From positions 113,104 to 177,103 of the forward strand of contig JACOXI010000003.1 in assembly GCA_016176335.1 (NCBI GenBank): a stretch of 64,000 nucleotides of DNA, read 5' to 3'. The stretch comes from Candidatus Daviesbacteria bacterium (GTDB lineage: Bacteria; Patescibacteriota; Microgenomatia; Daviesbacterales; UBA10151). The notes under the pieces are model-generated. The model was not told the DNA's origin and did not search any database. It was given only the letters and a program-made list of their open reading frames with translations. Both the position numbers and the translations under genes were made by a program. Shown here in pieces: positions 33,485 through 42,999 of the stretch (its first letter is position 1; every line of letters starts with the position of its first letter).

Positions 33485-36358
33485 TTGCGGTGCTACGATT
33501 TACTCGTGGGCGATTATATTGAATCTATCAATAAAAAAACTATTATTTCTCTTGCACGAAACGTGCCTTCGGCTTTAGTCGTGGGGGCGGCAGGTTTTTT
33601 GGGATCGCATTTGGTTGACAGACTGTTGGGCCTTGGTATTCAGGTCATTGGTGTTGATAATCTTTCAAGCGGGGATAAGAAGAATTTGTCAGGAGCGGTA
33701 AAAAATAGGAACTTCCATTTGTTGATTGAAGATGCAAAGGATTTGAGTATTGAGGTTGTAAGGCTGGACTATGTTTTTATTACAGCAGGTCAGGGCTGGG
33801 ATTTGGATAATCTTTTAAAAATAATTAGGGACAAGGACACGAAATGTTTATTTGTATCAAAAGTAGAATTATATGATGAAGAGAGGGCCAAAGATTTTGA
33901 GTGGTTCAAAAAATCAGAGGTAAAGATTGCCAGATATGCTTCCGAAAAAGGACTTAATGTTAGAGTTTTAAGATTAGGTACTGTTTTCGGCCCCAGAATG
34001 AACTTTCACACCAAGGATCCGATTGTCAAGCTAATTCAGGCTGCGCTCAACAATCAACTACAAAAAGACGTTTCTTTGGAATTTTCCACCAGGGCCCTAT
34101 ACATTATGGATGCCTGTGATTTGTTAATCAAAGCTGTGCTTTCCGGCGCAACTGCTCTTAAAATCTTTGACGGAGTGCTGCCCACTCCGATCAAAGTAGC
34201 GGAGATCAAGCAGGTGCTTTTGGATCCTGTTTGGTATGAAACAAAAAATTTCGCGCCCTCGGAACTTCCTCCTTGGCCAACACCCAATTTAGTAAGGACC
34301 ATGAAATTTTTAAGCTGGCATCCGAGGGCCAATATAGTTGAGCAGCTTAAGAAAACTCTGACTTTTTTCAAGGATAACGAAATCACAGTTCCCAAAATTG
34401 ATCGGGAAGAAAAGGAGATGGTTGGGGCACAGACTTGGAAAGAAGAAAAAAGCAAGGAGATAAGGGGTTTTAAAAAAGAGGTTTTAGAAACAAAACAGAC
34501 CATAAAAAAAATTAGATTTAGCTGGGGCAGAATTGTTGCGGCAGGGGTAATTCTGTTGGTTTTTTTCGCTTTGGTGTTTCCGGTTATTGAGATTGGATTT
34601 GGGATTGCCACATTTAGGTTCCAACTGGCCGATGCTTTGAATAATTTGGGGAAGGGGGAGTTTGAAAAAAGCAAATCCAGCCTGGAGGCTGCGCAAAAGG
34701 GGGTTTTGGGGGCAAAATCCGTTTTTGATTCATTTGAACCAATCAGAAGGACAGGACAATTTAAAAAAGTCTTTGAGCTTGGTGACAATCTTTACAATTT
34801 AGCCTCACTTTCCTTGTCTTCATCTAAATCAACTGTGGCGGGGATTCAGGCTTTGTATGGCGGTGTTTTGGCAGTCACGGGGGAAAGCAACGAGGCGCCG
34901 AATGATTATTTTTTACTGGCCCAATCTCAACTGACGAGCGCTTTTGAGGACCTGTCGAAGGTGGAACTGCTTTTGTCGAATCCGGATTTTGGCCGATCAA
35001 TTCCGCAAATCTTACAGGGGAGGTTGAACAGTCTGAAGATGAGGCTGGCCTTATATTCAAAGTTGGTGGAGAAAGGCAGGGCTGCCAGTGTACTTTTGCC
35101 TGAAATAGTTGCCTTAGACGGAAGTAAAAACTATCTGGTGCTTTTGCAAAATAATAATGAGCTTCGGCCGACAGGAGGTTTTATAGGATCATTTGCCAAA
35201 ATTTCCTTTGCCGGCGGAAAGCTCAAGAATATTGATGTCAACGATATCTATGCAATTGACGGGCAACTTAATATTCATGTTGAGCCGCCGCAGGATATAA
35301 AAAACGATTTAGGTCAAAAGGATTGGTATCTTAGGGATTCAAATTGGGAGAGTGATTTTCCGTCTTCTGCCAAACAGGCAGAGTGGTTTTTCACCAAAGA
35401 AACAGGGGAAAAAGTATTGGGTGTGGTTGCCGTAGATGTTTCGGCAATAGAAAAACTGCTGCAGGCCACAGGGCCTTTGGACATTGCTGATTATGATGAA
35501 AAAATTACTGCTGATAATTTGTTTGAGCGGGCAATAACGCATGCAGAAACTTCGTTCTTTGCCGGATCACAGGCGAAGAAAAACTTTTTAACTGCGCTGA
35601 CTAATACTTTGTTTAACAAAATCTTTTTTTCCAAAAATCCCAACTGGCCGGGGATTGTCAAAGCTTTAGGAGATTCTTTGGAAACAAAGCACATGAGTAT
35701 ATTTTTGGATGATCCAAAACTGTTCTCTTACCTTGTTGCCCAAAATTGGGCAGGGGTGCTACCTCGGGAAATTCAACAGGATGGGGTATTTGATGATTTT
35801 ATAGCCCCTGTTGAGGCAAATCTGGGAGCCAATAAAGCCAACTATTACCTGGACAGAAGCTATAATCTGGAAACTGTGATAGGCAAAGAAGGAGAAATTA
35901 AGCATAGGTTGAGGATTACTTATATAAATAACAGCCCGTCCGATACTTGGCCTGCCGGAAAGTATAAGAACAGGTTAAGAATATATCTTCCTTTTGGGTC
36001 AAAGTTGACCAGGGTTTTGTGGGGGGAAACAAATATCACCAAGGAGACGAGCGCATTTGTGGATTACGGCAGATCAGCCTTCTCAATGTTATTGGAAGTG
36101 TTGCCTAAACAGCAGAGGATTTTAGTTTTTGATTATGAGGCGCCGAGAAAATTACAATTTAAACAAAATGCGGCAACCTATAAGCTGAATGTGGTTAAAC
36201 AAGCAGGAACACTTAAGGATCCTTTTATCTGGAGAGTGTCTTTCCCAATAAATTATAGTCTGGCTTCAGAACAAACTAAAAAATTAGGCCCGCAGGAGCA
36301 GACAATTCAAACTGATTTATCCACTGATCGGAGTTTTGAGGTAGAATTTAAAAAATAA
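33485..36358 (+). CDS. Fusion protein: N-terminal NAD-dependent epimerase/dehydratase (Rossmann GAAGFLGSHL) + TM + large DUF4012-like extracytoplasmic domain
   Basis: 957 aa. VVGAAGFLGSHLVDRLL is the SDR/epimerase glycine motif. A TM helix is at about aa 350. The C-terminal 600 aa resemble DUF4012 proteins from cell-envelope polysaccharide loci. Confidence 0.65.
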   Translation: MRCYDLLVGDYIESINKKTIISLARNVPSALVVGAAGFLGSHLVDRLLGLGIQVIGVDNLSSGDKKNLSGAVKNRNFHLLIEDAKDLSIEVVRLDYVFITAGQGWDLDNLLKIIRDKDTKCLFVSKVELYDEERAKDFEWFKKSEVKIARYASEKGLNVRVLRLGTVFGPRMNFHTKDPIVKLIQAALNNQLQKDVSLEFSTRALYIMDACDLLIKAVLSGATALKIFDGVLPTPIKVAEIKQVLLDPVWYETKNFAPSELPPWPTPNLVRTMKFLSWHPRANIVEQLKKTLTFFKDNEITVPKIDREEKEMVGAQTWKEEKSKEIRGFKKEVLETKQTIKKIRFSWGRIVAAGVILLVFFALVFPVIEIGFGIATFRFQLADALNNLGKGEFEKSKSSLEAAQKGVLGAKSVFDSFEPIRRTGQFKKVFELGDNLYNLASLSLSSSKSTVAGIQALYGGVLAVTGESNEAPNDYFLLAQSQLTSAFEDLSKVELLLSNPDFGRSIPQILQGRLNSLKMRLALYSKLVEKGRAASVLLPEIVALDGSKNYLVLLQNNNELRPTGGFIGSFAKISFAGGKLKNIDVNDIYAIDGQLNIHVEPPQDIKNDLGQKDWYLRDSNWESDFPSSAKQAEWFFTKETGEKVLGVVAVDVSAIEKLLQATGPLDIADYDEKITADNLFERAITHAETSFFAGSQAKKNFLTALTNTLFNKIFFSKNPNWPGIVKALGDSLETKHMSIFLDDPKLFSYLVAQNWAGVLPREIQQDGVFDDFIAPVEANLGANKANYYLDRSYNLETVIGKEGEIKHRLRITYINNSPSDTWPAGKYKNRLRIYLPFGSKLTRVLWGETNITKETSAFVDYGRSAFSMLLEVLPKQQRILVFDYEAPRKLQFKQNAATYKLNVVKQAGTLKDPFIWRVSFPINYSLASEQTKKLGPQEQTIQTDLSTDRSFEVEFKK

Positions 36359-36429
36359 TTCCTGCACGTGAGAAAACTATGGGTTTTATTTGGATTGCCT
36401 CTTTCCTCTGAAAAACCAACAAGGGTTAA

Positions 36430-36437
36430 TGTATAAT
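36430..36437 (+). promoter_or_regulatory. Extended -10 promoter element TGTATAAT upstream of SemiSWEET gene
   Basis: TGnTATAAT lies 8-14 nt upstream of the ATG at 36445/36451. No properly spaced -35 was found. Confidence 0.3.
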
Positions 36438-36444
36438 TTAAAGA

Positions 36445-36705
36445 ATGAATATGTTTTTTATTCAAACTTTGGGGTTAATTGCAGGGGGCTTTGTAGTGTT
36501 TGCCTCATTACCACAGATTGTTAAAATTATTAAAACCAAAAGAACAAGCGATATTTCCCTGCCCATGTATATTATCTTAAATATCGGCATTTTTCTGTGG
36601 GTAGTATATGGTTTTCTGACTCAACAGGTGGCAATAATTATTACTAATGTTATTTTCCAACTGGTTAATCTGATAATACTTTTCCTCAAGATTAAACACG
36701 GATAA
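36445..36705 (+). CDS. SemiSWEET / PQ-loop sugar transporter (3-TM unit)
   Basis: 86 aa with three TM helices. The PQ motif (ASLPQIVKIIKTKRTSDIS) is characteristic of bacterial SemiSWEETs. Confidence 0.7.
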   Translation: MNMFFIQTLGLIAGGFVVFASLPQIVKIIKTKRTSDISLPMYIILNIGIFLWVVYGFLTQQVAIIITNVIFQLVNLIILFLKIKHG

Positions 36706-36756
36706 TTAGGCCTTGCCGAGTGAGCTTGAATATGATAAATTACCCTAGTCAAAAAC

Positions 36757-37575
36757 ATGGATAGATTAAGTTTGCATGCTGACGAGAGGGAAATTTTAGG
36801 CAAAAAGGTCAAACAGCTTCGTCGTAAGGGCAGCTTGCCAGCTCACGTTTTTGGTAAAGGTCTTGATACCGAGCCTGTTACTGTTTCAACCCATGACTTC
36901 TTGGAAACTTTTCAGCTGGCAGGGGAGACTGGCTTAATTGATCTTAAGATTGGCTCTGAAAAAGTCCGACCGGTTTTGGTGCGTGATGTCCAATATGACC
37001 CGATTACAGGTGAGCCTATTCATATTGATTTTTATCAGGTGAACCTGACTGAAAAAGTTAAGGTGCCTGTGCCTTTGGTATTGGTGGGGGAACAGCCGGA
37101 GTCTGTTCATTTGGGTGAAACCATAGTGTTACAGACTTTGAATGAAGTTGAGGTAGAAGCACTGCCTATGGATTTGGTAGAAAAAATTGAAGTTGATATA
37201 ACTTCGCTGAAAAACATTGATGATCAGATAAACATTGGGCAATTGGATTACAACAGAAGTAAATTAACTATTAACGCGGATGCGGAAGAAATTGTGGTGA
37301 AACTGGCTCCGGCTGTGTCTAAAGAAACGGAGAAGCTGCTGGAGGAGGAAGCTGCGGAGCAAGCTGCCGCCGCTCAAGAAGCTGTGACAGAGGAGGGTGT
37401 TACTGAAGGTGAACCAGCCTCCGCTGAAGCTGCGGCGGGCAAGGAAGGTGAACAAGCTCCAACTGAAGGAGCAGCCGGTGCCGAAGGCTCCGGCCCGCTT
37501 CGCCAAAGCTCCAGCGAGGCGAGCGAGCCAAAGGCAGGTGGAAAGAAGCCAGCAGAAGATGTACAGGAGAAGTAG
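36757..37575 (+). CDS. rplY: 50S ribosomal protein L25/general stress protein Ctc, with acidic Ala/Glu-rich C-terminal extension
   Basis: N-terminal L25 beta-barrel (LHADEREILGKKVKQLRRKGSLPAHVFGKG) and the Ctc-type second domain. Confidence 0.85.
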   Translation: MDRLSLHADEREILGKKVKQLRRKGSLPAHVFGKGLDTEPVTVSTHDFLETFQLAGETGLIDLKIGSEKVRPVLVRDVQYDPITGEPIHIDFYQVNLTEKVKVPVPLVLVGEQPESVHLGETIVLQTLNEVEVEALPMDLVEKIEVDITSLKNIDDQINIGQLDYNRSKLTINADAEEIVVKLAPAVSKETEKLLEEEAAEQAAAAQEAVTEEGVTEGEPASAEAAAGKEGEQAPTEGAAGAEGSGPLRQSSSEASEPKAGGKKPAEDVQEK

Positions 37576-37622
37576 TTTAAATTTTATGCGGCTAATTTGC
37601 GGTAATTCTGCGGGAAACTAGC

Positions 37623-38063
37623 TTAAACCTTAGGAAATTCAAAAGTTTTTGTGTTTTGTGGGTTGGTGAGCGCGACCGAGCGCCAATGTGGTAAATCCGG
37701 ATGGCCATTTATAGCGATTTGCAAGAAGGGTAAACCCAAAGTCGAATCTGGATTGCGGTGAGAAAACGTTACCGAGCTGATAAACTTTTCAGTCAGTTCG
37801 TGTGTTGGTAAACCTTGTTCATCAATGGCCTGGCGTTGCAGCAACAATTCAGTGGATCCTATTGTTAGATGCCAATAGCCTGACCTGGGAGTTGCTCTGA
37901 GTCGATAAGGCGCTCCAACATCTTCTACTAGCTGTGTTGCAAATTGCCCAAAAACCTCAAGATCTGGCTTTGGGGATGGATCCCCGGGTGTAGTTGCTGG
38001 TGCCTGATGCAAGAGTGATTCGGCATTGGCTATTACCCTATCAACCTGTTCTGGGGTTACCAT
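37623..38063 (-). CDS. Hypothetical protein (GC-rich ORF downstream of valS)
   Basis: The ORF runs to 38150 and overlaps the valS 3' end. An internal ATG at 38063 would avoid the overlap. Composition is coding-like, but there is no homology cue. Confidence 0.3.
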   Translation of the reverse strand: MVTPEQVDRVIANAESLLHQAPATTPGDPSPKPDLEVFGQFATQLVEDVGAPYRLRATPRSGYWHLTIGSTELLLQRQAIDEQGLPTHELTEKFISSVTFSHRNPDSTLGLPFLQIAINGHPDLPHWRSVALTNPQNTKTFEFPKV

Positions 38064-38086
38064 AAATAATATCTTATCATGTCCGG

Positions 38087-40237
38087 TCAAGTGGCAGATG
38101 GCCAATTGGCCAGCATGATACTTTTTCCTGTATGTGGAAGACGCTGCCATAATTCCTCGGTTATAAAAGGCATGAATGGATGGAGAAGCTCCAGGCTGGT
38201 CTTAAAAACATATTCCAAAACAGGTTGAGCTTCGGCCCGGCGGTTTTTGGTGGATTCAATATACTTATCTGCAAACTGGTGCCAGATAAACTCATATAAA
38301 GAATCAGTAGCAAGATGAAGCTGGAATGAGTCAAGATTACTGGTGACTTGTTTGATGGTTTTTTTAAGTTTTCCTAAAATTGCCTGGTCATCTGGATGAT
38401 TCATTTTGTTTTCGATTGAAGAGTTGTTGTCGAGGTGGCGAGCATCTTGGGGAGCCAGATCGACAATAAAACGGGCAATATTTATCAGTTTGGTTCCAAA
38501 GTTCCTAAAGTTTTTAGCCCTCTCATCCATAGTTTGCTTGGAGGCTCTGCCGTCTCTTCCAGGAATGGAATATGTGTAAAGTGCCATTCTGGTTGCGTCT
38601 GTGCCCCACTGATTGCGCAGTTCATTGGGATCAATGCCATTACCTAAAGATTTGGAAAACTTCCTGCCTTGCAAATCTCTTAACATGCCATGGAAAAACA
38701 TATTTTTAAAAGGAATATCATCAGCAAACCAAAGTCCCAACATAATCATTCTGGCAATCCATAAAAACTTTATTTCAGGAGCAGAGATTTCAAAGCTCCA
38801 GGGATAGTATTTTTTAACTTCTTTGGTGTCGGAGGGCCAGCCTAAAGTAGACAGCGGCCATAACCCCGAAGAAAACCAGGTATCCAAAACTTGTTCGTCT
38901 TGTATCCAATGTTTTTGACTACAACTCTGGCAGGTTTTACCGGGTTCATCCATTGAGACCATCATATCTTTATCCTTACCAACTAGATGGTTAGGATTGC
39001 ACTTTTGGCAATACCAAACAGGAATGCGATGGCCCCACCAAAGCGAGCGCGAAATGGACCAGTCGTGAATCTCTTTAATCCACAAGGAGATGATTTTTAA
39101 GAAAGTTTTGGGCACAAAATTGACCTTTTTTATTTTTTTTAAGCCCCTTTGGGCCAAGGGTTTCATTTTAATAAACCACTCCTCGGAAATAAGCGGCTCA
39201 ACTGTAGTTTTGCATCTTTCACAAACAGGCACAGAATGAATGTAATCTTTTGTTTCTTCAACCAGGATATGACCTTTTTCGGCTAAGTATGTGACTATTT
39301 TAGCGCGAGCTTCATCAACTTTTAGACCACCTATAATTTGAGTATCCTCTACAATTCTCCCATCTTTACCTATGACTTGAAGTATACGAAGATTATTTTC
39401 TTTTCCTATCGCATAATCTAATAGATCATGGCCTGGCGTAATTTTTAATGCACCAGTGCCAAAATTTTTATCTACTCGCTCATCTTGGATAATGGGGATT
39501 TCATTGTGTGTTATTGGATTTTCGGCCTGTTTACCATAGAATTTACTAAATTCTGGGTGATTAGGATAAATAGCTATGGCCACATCAGCTGGAATTGTTT
39601 CTGGTCGAGCAGTAGCAACAGTTATATAACCACCCACACCCGAAACTTTATATCTTACAAAGTAAAGCTTTTCCTTTCTTTCTTCATACTCCATTTCAAT
39701 GTCTTCAATGGCACTGCCGCATTTGGGGCACCACTGGACAATGTAGGCTCCTTTATAAAGTAAATCCTGTTCCCAAAAGGTTTTAAATTCTTCAAAGGTG
39801 GCTTTTTGTACTTTTTCCTCCAAAGTAAAAACTTCCCGCTCCCAGTCGGCAGACAGCCCCATAAATCTCCAGGTAGAGGAAACAGAATTATAAACTTCTT
39901 CCTTAAACTGCCAGGCTTTTTTAAGCCACTCATCCCTGCCTAGTTTTTGTTTGGATAAACCCTCTTTGGCCAAGCATTTATCAAAAGTGCCTTCAAATTG
40001 TATTCCGGCATGGTCAACTCCGGGAAGAAGGAGTACATCAAAACCCTGCATTCTCTTGAAACGAGCTATGGCATCCAAAATTGAATGTTGCATGGCATGG
40101 CCTAAATGCAGATCTCCTGTTAAATTGGGAGGGGGAACCAATAATCCATAAGGGGGACTGGGAGATTTCGGATTTGCTCTAAAAAAGCCATTCTCTTCCC
40201 AGAATTTGTACCATTTTTCTTCCTTATTACTATCCAT
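38087..40237 (-). CDS. valS: Valyl-tRNA synthetase (short form lacking C-terminal coiled-coil)
   Basis: Class I HIGH (PPPNLTGDLHLGHA) and KMSKS (KFSKSLGN) motifs. CP1 editing-domain region present. 716 aa. Confidence 0.9.
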   Translation of the reverse strand: MDSNKEEKWYKFWEENGFFRANPKSPSPPYGLLVPPPNLTGDLHLGHAMQHSILDAIARFKRMQGFDVLLLPGVDHAGIQFEGTFDKCLAKEGLSKQKLGRDEWLKKAWQFKEEVYNSVSSTWRFMGLSADWEREVFTLEEKVQKATFEEFKTFWEQDLLYKGAYIVQWCPKCGSAIEDIEMEYEERKEKLYFVRYKVSGVGGYITVATARPETIPADVAIAIYPNHPEFSKFYGKQAENPITHNEIPIIQDERVDKNFGTGALKITPGHDLLDYAIGKENNLRILQVIGKDGRIVEDTQIIGGLKVDEARAKIVTYLAEKGHILVEETKDYIHSVPVCERCKTTVEPLISEEWFIKMKPLAQRGLKKIKKVNFVPKTFLKIISLWIKEIHDWSISRSLWWGHRIPVWYCQKCNPNHLVGKDKDMMVSMDEPGKTCQSCSQKHWIQDEQVLDTWFSSGLWPLSTLGWPSDTKEVKKYYPWSFEISAPEIKFLWIARMIMLGLWFADDIPFKNMFFHGMLRDLQGRKFSKSLGNGIDPNELRNQWGTDATRMALYTYSIPGRDGRASKQTMDERAKNFRNFGTKLINIARFIVDLAPQDARHLDNNSSIENKMNHPDDQAILGKLKKTIKQVTSNLDSFQLHLATDSLYEFIWHQFADKYIESTKNRRAEAQPVLEYVFKTSLELLHPFMPFITEELWQRLPHTGKSIMLANWPSAT

Positions 40238-40258
40238 GGGCTAAGTATATTGGCTTTA

Positions 40259-41500
40259 TCAGGCGAGCGCAAGACTGGGGTCTGCTTGTAATTTTAAGGG
40301 AGTAGCAATAGGTTTTTGACCCGCCTTGCCGCGAGGCAGGAAAAAAGCAGCTGCTGCTATCATGGCAGCGTTATCAGTGCAAAGATGTGGTGGAGGAACC
40401 GCCAGGTTTATCGTTAATCGTGAATCGTTTATCGTTTTTAGAAATTGTTCACGAAGCTTTTTATTAGAGGCAACGCCGCCGGCAATCATAATATTTTTTA
40501 CCTTATAAATTTTGGCAGCCTTTATGGTTTTGGCAACTAAAACATCAACAATGGCAGATTCAATGGAAGCGGCCAAGTTAGCCAGCTCGTCACGGCTGAA
40601 AAAACCGCTCGCGCGACCAGATCGCTCGCTTGGAGTTTGTTTCGTGCCAAGCTCTGGATTCGTGGTTTCGATAGTTTGTGGTGCGCTCAACTGCACTACA
40701 TTTTTTCTAGCTCGCGACTTCGCTGTCTTTTCGTGTTCGCTTAAAAAATTTGCTACGGATGTTTTGAGCCCGGAAAAGGAGAAGTCAAAGTCTTTAGAAT
40801 CTATCATGGGTCTAGGTAGATCAAAAGCTTTGGGATTTCCTTTTTGGGCAAGTTTGGAAATTTGGGGTCCGCCCGGATAAGACAGTCCCAGCAGGCGGGC
40901 GCATTTGTCAAAACACTCGCCAGCAGCATCATCTCTGGTGCCACCCAGGTATTTATATTTACCATGATCTGTGAAGAGTACCAAATCTGTATGCCCGCCG
41001 GAAACTAGTAAGCCTATGCAGGGAAAGGATGGTTTATCGGTTATCGTTAATCGTGAATCGTTTTTTTCTTCCGATATACGATATTCGATATCCGATTGAC
41101 TAATTTCGACCCAGTTTGCATAAAAGTGTCCAATAAGATGATTTACAGGAATTAGGGGTCTATTCCAAACAAGAGCCAGTGTTTTGGCTGTTTCCACTCC
41201 CACTAGAAGGGAGCCGATCAGCCCTGGACCATAGGTAACAGCTATAGCATCAATTGGCGGGTAGTTGGTAGTTGGTAGTTGGTAGTTGGGAAAGGCTTGA
41301 GTTAATGCCTCTTGTATCACTGGTATTATCGACCGCAACTGTTCTCTGGCTGCCTGTTCCGGAATGATCCCACCATATTTAGCTTGTAAGGAGGCCGAGG
41401 ATGCCACCACATTGGATAAAATTGTTATTCGATTATCGTTATTCGTCAACACAGCTGCTGCTGTTTCATCACAAGAAGTCTCAATACCCAAAATAATCAT
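40259..41500 (-). CDS. tsaD: tRNA N6-adenosine threonylcarbamoyltransferase TsaD (Kae1/Gcp family) with three short in-frame insertions
   Basis: MIILGIETSCDETAAAV start (ATG at 41500; the ORF extends to 41539) and conserved His/Asp metal ligands. Inserts NDSRLTI (x2) and NDNRITI are encoded by CGATAAACG-type repeat DNA. Confidence 0.85.
   Translation of the reverse strand: MIILGIETSCDETAAAVLTNNDNRITILSNVVASSASLQAKYGGIIPEQAAREQLRSIIPVIQEALTQAFPNYQLPTTNYPPIDAIAVTYGPGLIGSLLVGVETAKTLALVWNRPLIPVNHLIGHFYANWVEISQSDIEYRISEEKNDSRLTITDKPSFPCIGLLVSGGHTDLVLFTDHGKYKYLGGTRDDAAGECFDKCARLLGLSYPGGPQISKLAQKGNPKAFDLPRPMIDSKDFDFSFSGLKTSVANFLSEHEKTAKSRARKNVVQLSAPQTIETTNPELGTKQTPSERSGRASGFFSRDELANLAASIESAIVDVLVAKTIKAAKIYKVKNIMIAGGVASNKKLREQFLKTINDSRLTINLAVPPPHLCTDNAAMIAAAAFFLPRGKAGQKPIATPLKLQADPSLALA
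40400..40437. repeat. R3 module copy inside tsaD coding sequence (rc: CGATAAACGATTCACGATTAACGATAAACC)
   Basis: 29 of 31 nt identical to 15889-15919. Encodes TINDSRLTIN in the tsaD frame. Confidence 0.6.
41036..41072. repeat. R3 module copy (permuted) inside tsaD coding sequence (rc: AACGATTCACGATTAACGATAACCGATAAACC)
   Basis: Encodes KNDSRLTITDKP. A weaker third copy lies at 41428-41450 (NNDNRITI). Confidence 0.55.
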
Positions 41501-41539
41501 TTGTGGTATTGTAGCAAATTTGGGTGTAGAATTTGACAA

Positions 41540-42385
41540 ATGATTGCAAAACAGGAAGATAAGTTTATAAAAGGGGCTTTATTTCTCTCGTATACTTCAT
41601 TAAAAGATTTTGAAAAATGTCCGCGTTCTTTTTATTTGAAAGATATCTATCGCGACCCAAAAACAGGTTTTAGGATGCAAATACCTGCTTCTTATATGAC
41701 CTTGGGGGCTTTGGTTCACGATGCTATAAAGTGGTTTTTGCAAAAAGACAGACTTCCCGGTAAAGATGAGATGATAGATCAGTATAGAAATCATTGGCGC
41801 AAGTATAGAGGCAAAAGAGGCGGCTTTACATCTTTAGAGGATGAGGCCGCTTTAGGTAAAAGGGGTTTGGAAATGCTGGATAATTTTTACCGGAATTTTA
41901 CACAGCTGGAACCTAATATGCCTGCGTATGGTTTTCTTAGATATATACTTGATGAAAAAATAATACTGAACGGAAAGGTTGATTTTCTTGGTTTGTTGCC
42001 AGATGACAGCTTGCGTGTTGTGGATTTCAAAACTGGAAAAAATGACGAGAAGGATCCGATACAGCTTCATATTTATGCGATATTGGCAGAATCGAATTTC
42101 CAAAAATCAGTATCGAAGATAGGTTATTGGTATTTAGATAGAGAGGACTCACCTAAAAATGCAGTTTTAGATCCTTTAGAGGGTGAGTTGGCACAACTGG
42201 AAAAGAAAGCCCGAGAAATAGAACAAGCTGTTGGAGAGGGTAATTGGGTATGCGTAAAAGGAGACACATTATGTGATGATTGTAGAAACTATCAGGCGAT
42301 AATTGATGGTAAGGGAGAATATTTATTTTCAGATGAAGAGTTCCGTAAGGATATATTCTATTTAGACAAATCTAAGATAACTTAA
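41540..42385 (+). CDS. PD-(D/E)xK nuclease, Cas4/RecB-like with four-Cys cluster
   Basis: VVDFKTGK (D..K) and QLHIYA (QxxxY). One N-terminal Cys (FEKCPRSF) plus CVKGDTLCDDC at the C-terminus, the Fe-S arrangement seen in Cas4/AddB nucleases. No CRISPR array nearby. Confidence 0.55.
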   Translation: MIAKQEDKFIKGALFLSYTSLKDFEKCPRSFYLKDIYRDPKTGFRMQIPASYMTLGALVHDAIKWFLQKDRLPGKDEMIDQYRNHWRKYRGKRGGFTSLEDEAALGKRGLEMLDNFYRNFTQLEPNMPAYGFLRYILDEKIILNGKVDFLGLLPDDSLRVVDFKTGKNDEKDPIQLHIYAILAESNFQKSVSKIGYWYLDREDSPKNAVLDPLEGELAQLEKKAREIEQAVGEGNWVCVKGDTLCDDCRNYQAIIDGKGEYLFSDEEFRKDIFYLDKSKIT

Positions 42386-42932
42386 CTTCTGCCAAGGTGT
42401 TGTGTTTGTGGAGGCCGTTTTGGGGTTCAGATTCAAAAAGTTTTATGGAGGTTATTTTGATAGGGTCAAATGAGGCAGCCATCATTTTTTCTAAGCTCAC
42501 TTCCAGATTTCTGTCAATTCGGAAATGATTATTAAATTTGGCTATGGTAATATGTGGAATAAATCTACGTTCATCAGCTGGCAAGTGTAAACCTTCTAAT
42601 CCATCCTTGACTCTTTCTCTGATTAGTAAAATTTTATCAATGTCACCTTTGACTCCTACCCAAAGTACAAGGGGGTGATGAATATTAGGAAATCCATCAA
42701 GGTAGGCCGGAGTGACTTCAAAGGCGGGTACACCTTGAGCAGCTTGTTTGATGATGGCGATTAAGCGGTTTTTCACTACCTCAGGTTGTTCGCCAACAAA
42801 GGCTAAAGTGAGGTGAATTTTATCCAAATCAGTTAATCTGGCTTGAGGAATTAATGTATGCAAACTATCCTGAATAGTCTTAAACTGAAGCAAATTCTCA
42901 CTCGGAATTTCTAAAGCTACAAAGAATCTCAT
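42372..42932 (-). CDS. thpR: RNA 2',3'-cyclic phosphodiesterase / 2'-5' RNA ligase (2H family)
   Basis: Two H-x-T-x motifs (IHLTLAFVG; PHITIAKF) typical of LigT/ThpR. ATG at 42932. Its 3' end overlaps the convergent nuclease gene by 14 nt. Confidence 0.75.
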   Translation of the reverse strand: MRFFVALEIPSENLLQFKTIQDSLHTLIPQARLTDLDKIHLTLAFVGEQPEVVKNRLIAIIKQAAQGVPAFEVTPAYLDGFPNIHHPLVLWVGVKGDIDKILLIRERVKDGLEGLHLPADERRFIPHITIAKFNNHFRIDRNLEVSLEKMMAASFDPIKITSIKLFESEPQNGLHKHNTLAEVKLS

Positions 42933-42999
42933 ACCACCCAGTATTGTATCTGAAAGAACATCATTTGACAAAGATGTTAAATCTATTATATGACTAAAT

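Noticed and set aside
34054-34788. 244-aa antisense ORF within the epimerase-DUF4012 gene
   Set aside because: The sense-strand ORF is continuous for 957 aa with a Rossmann motif. The antisense product is low complexity.
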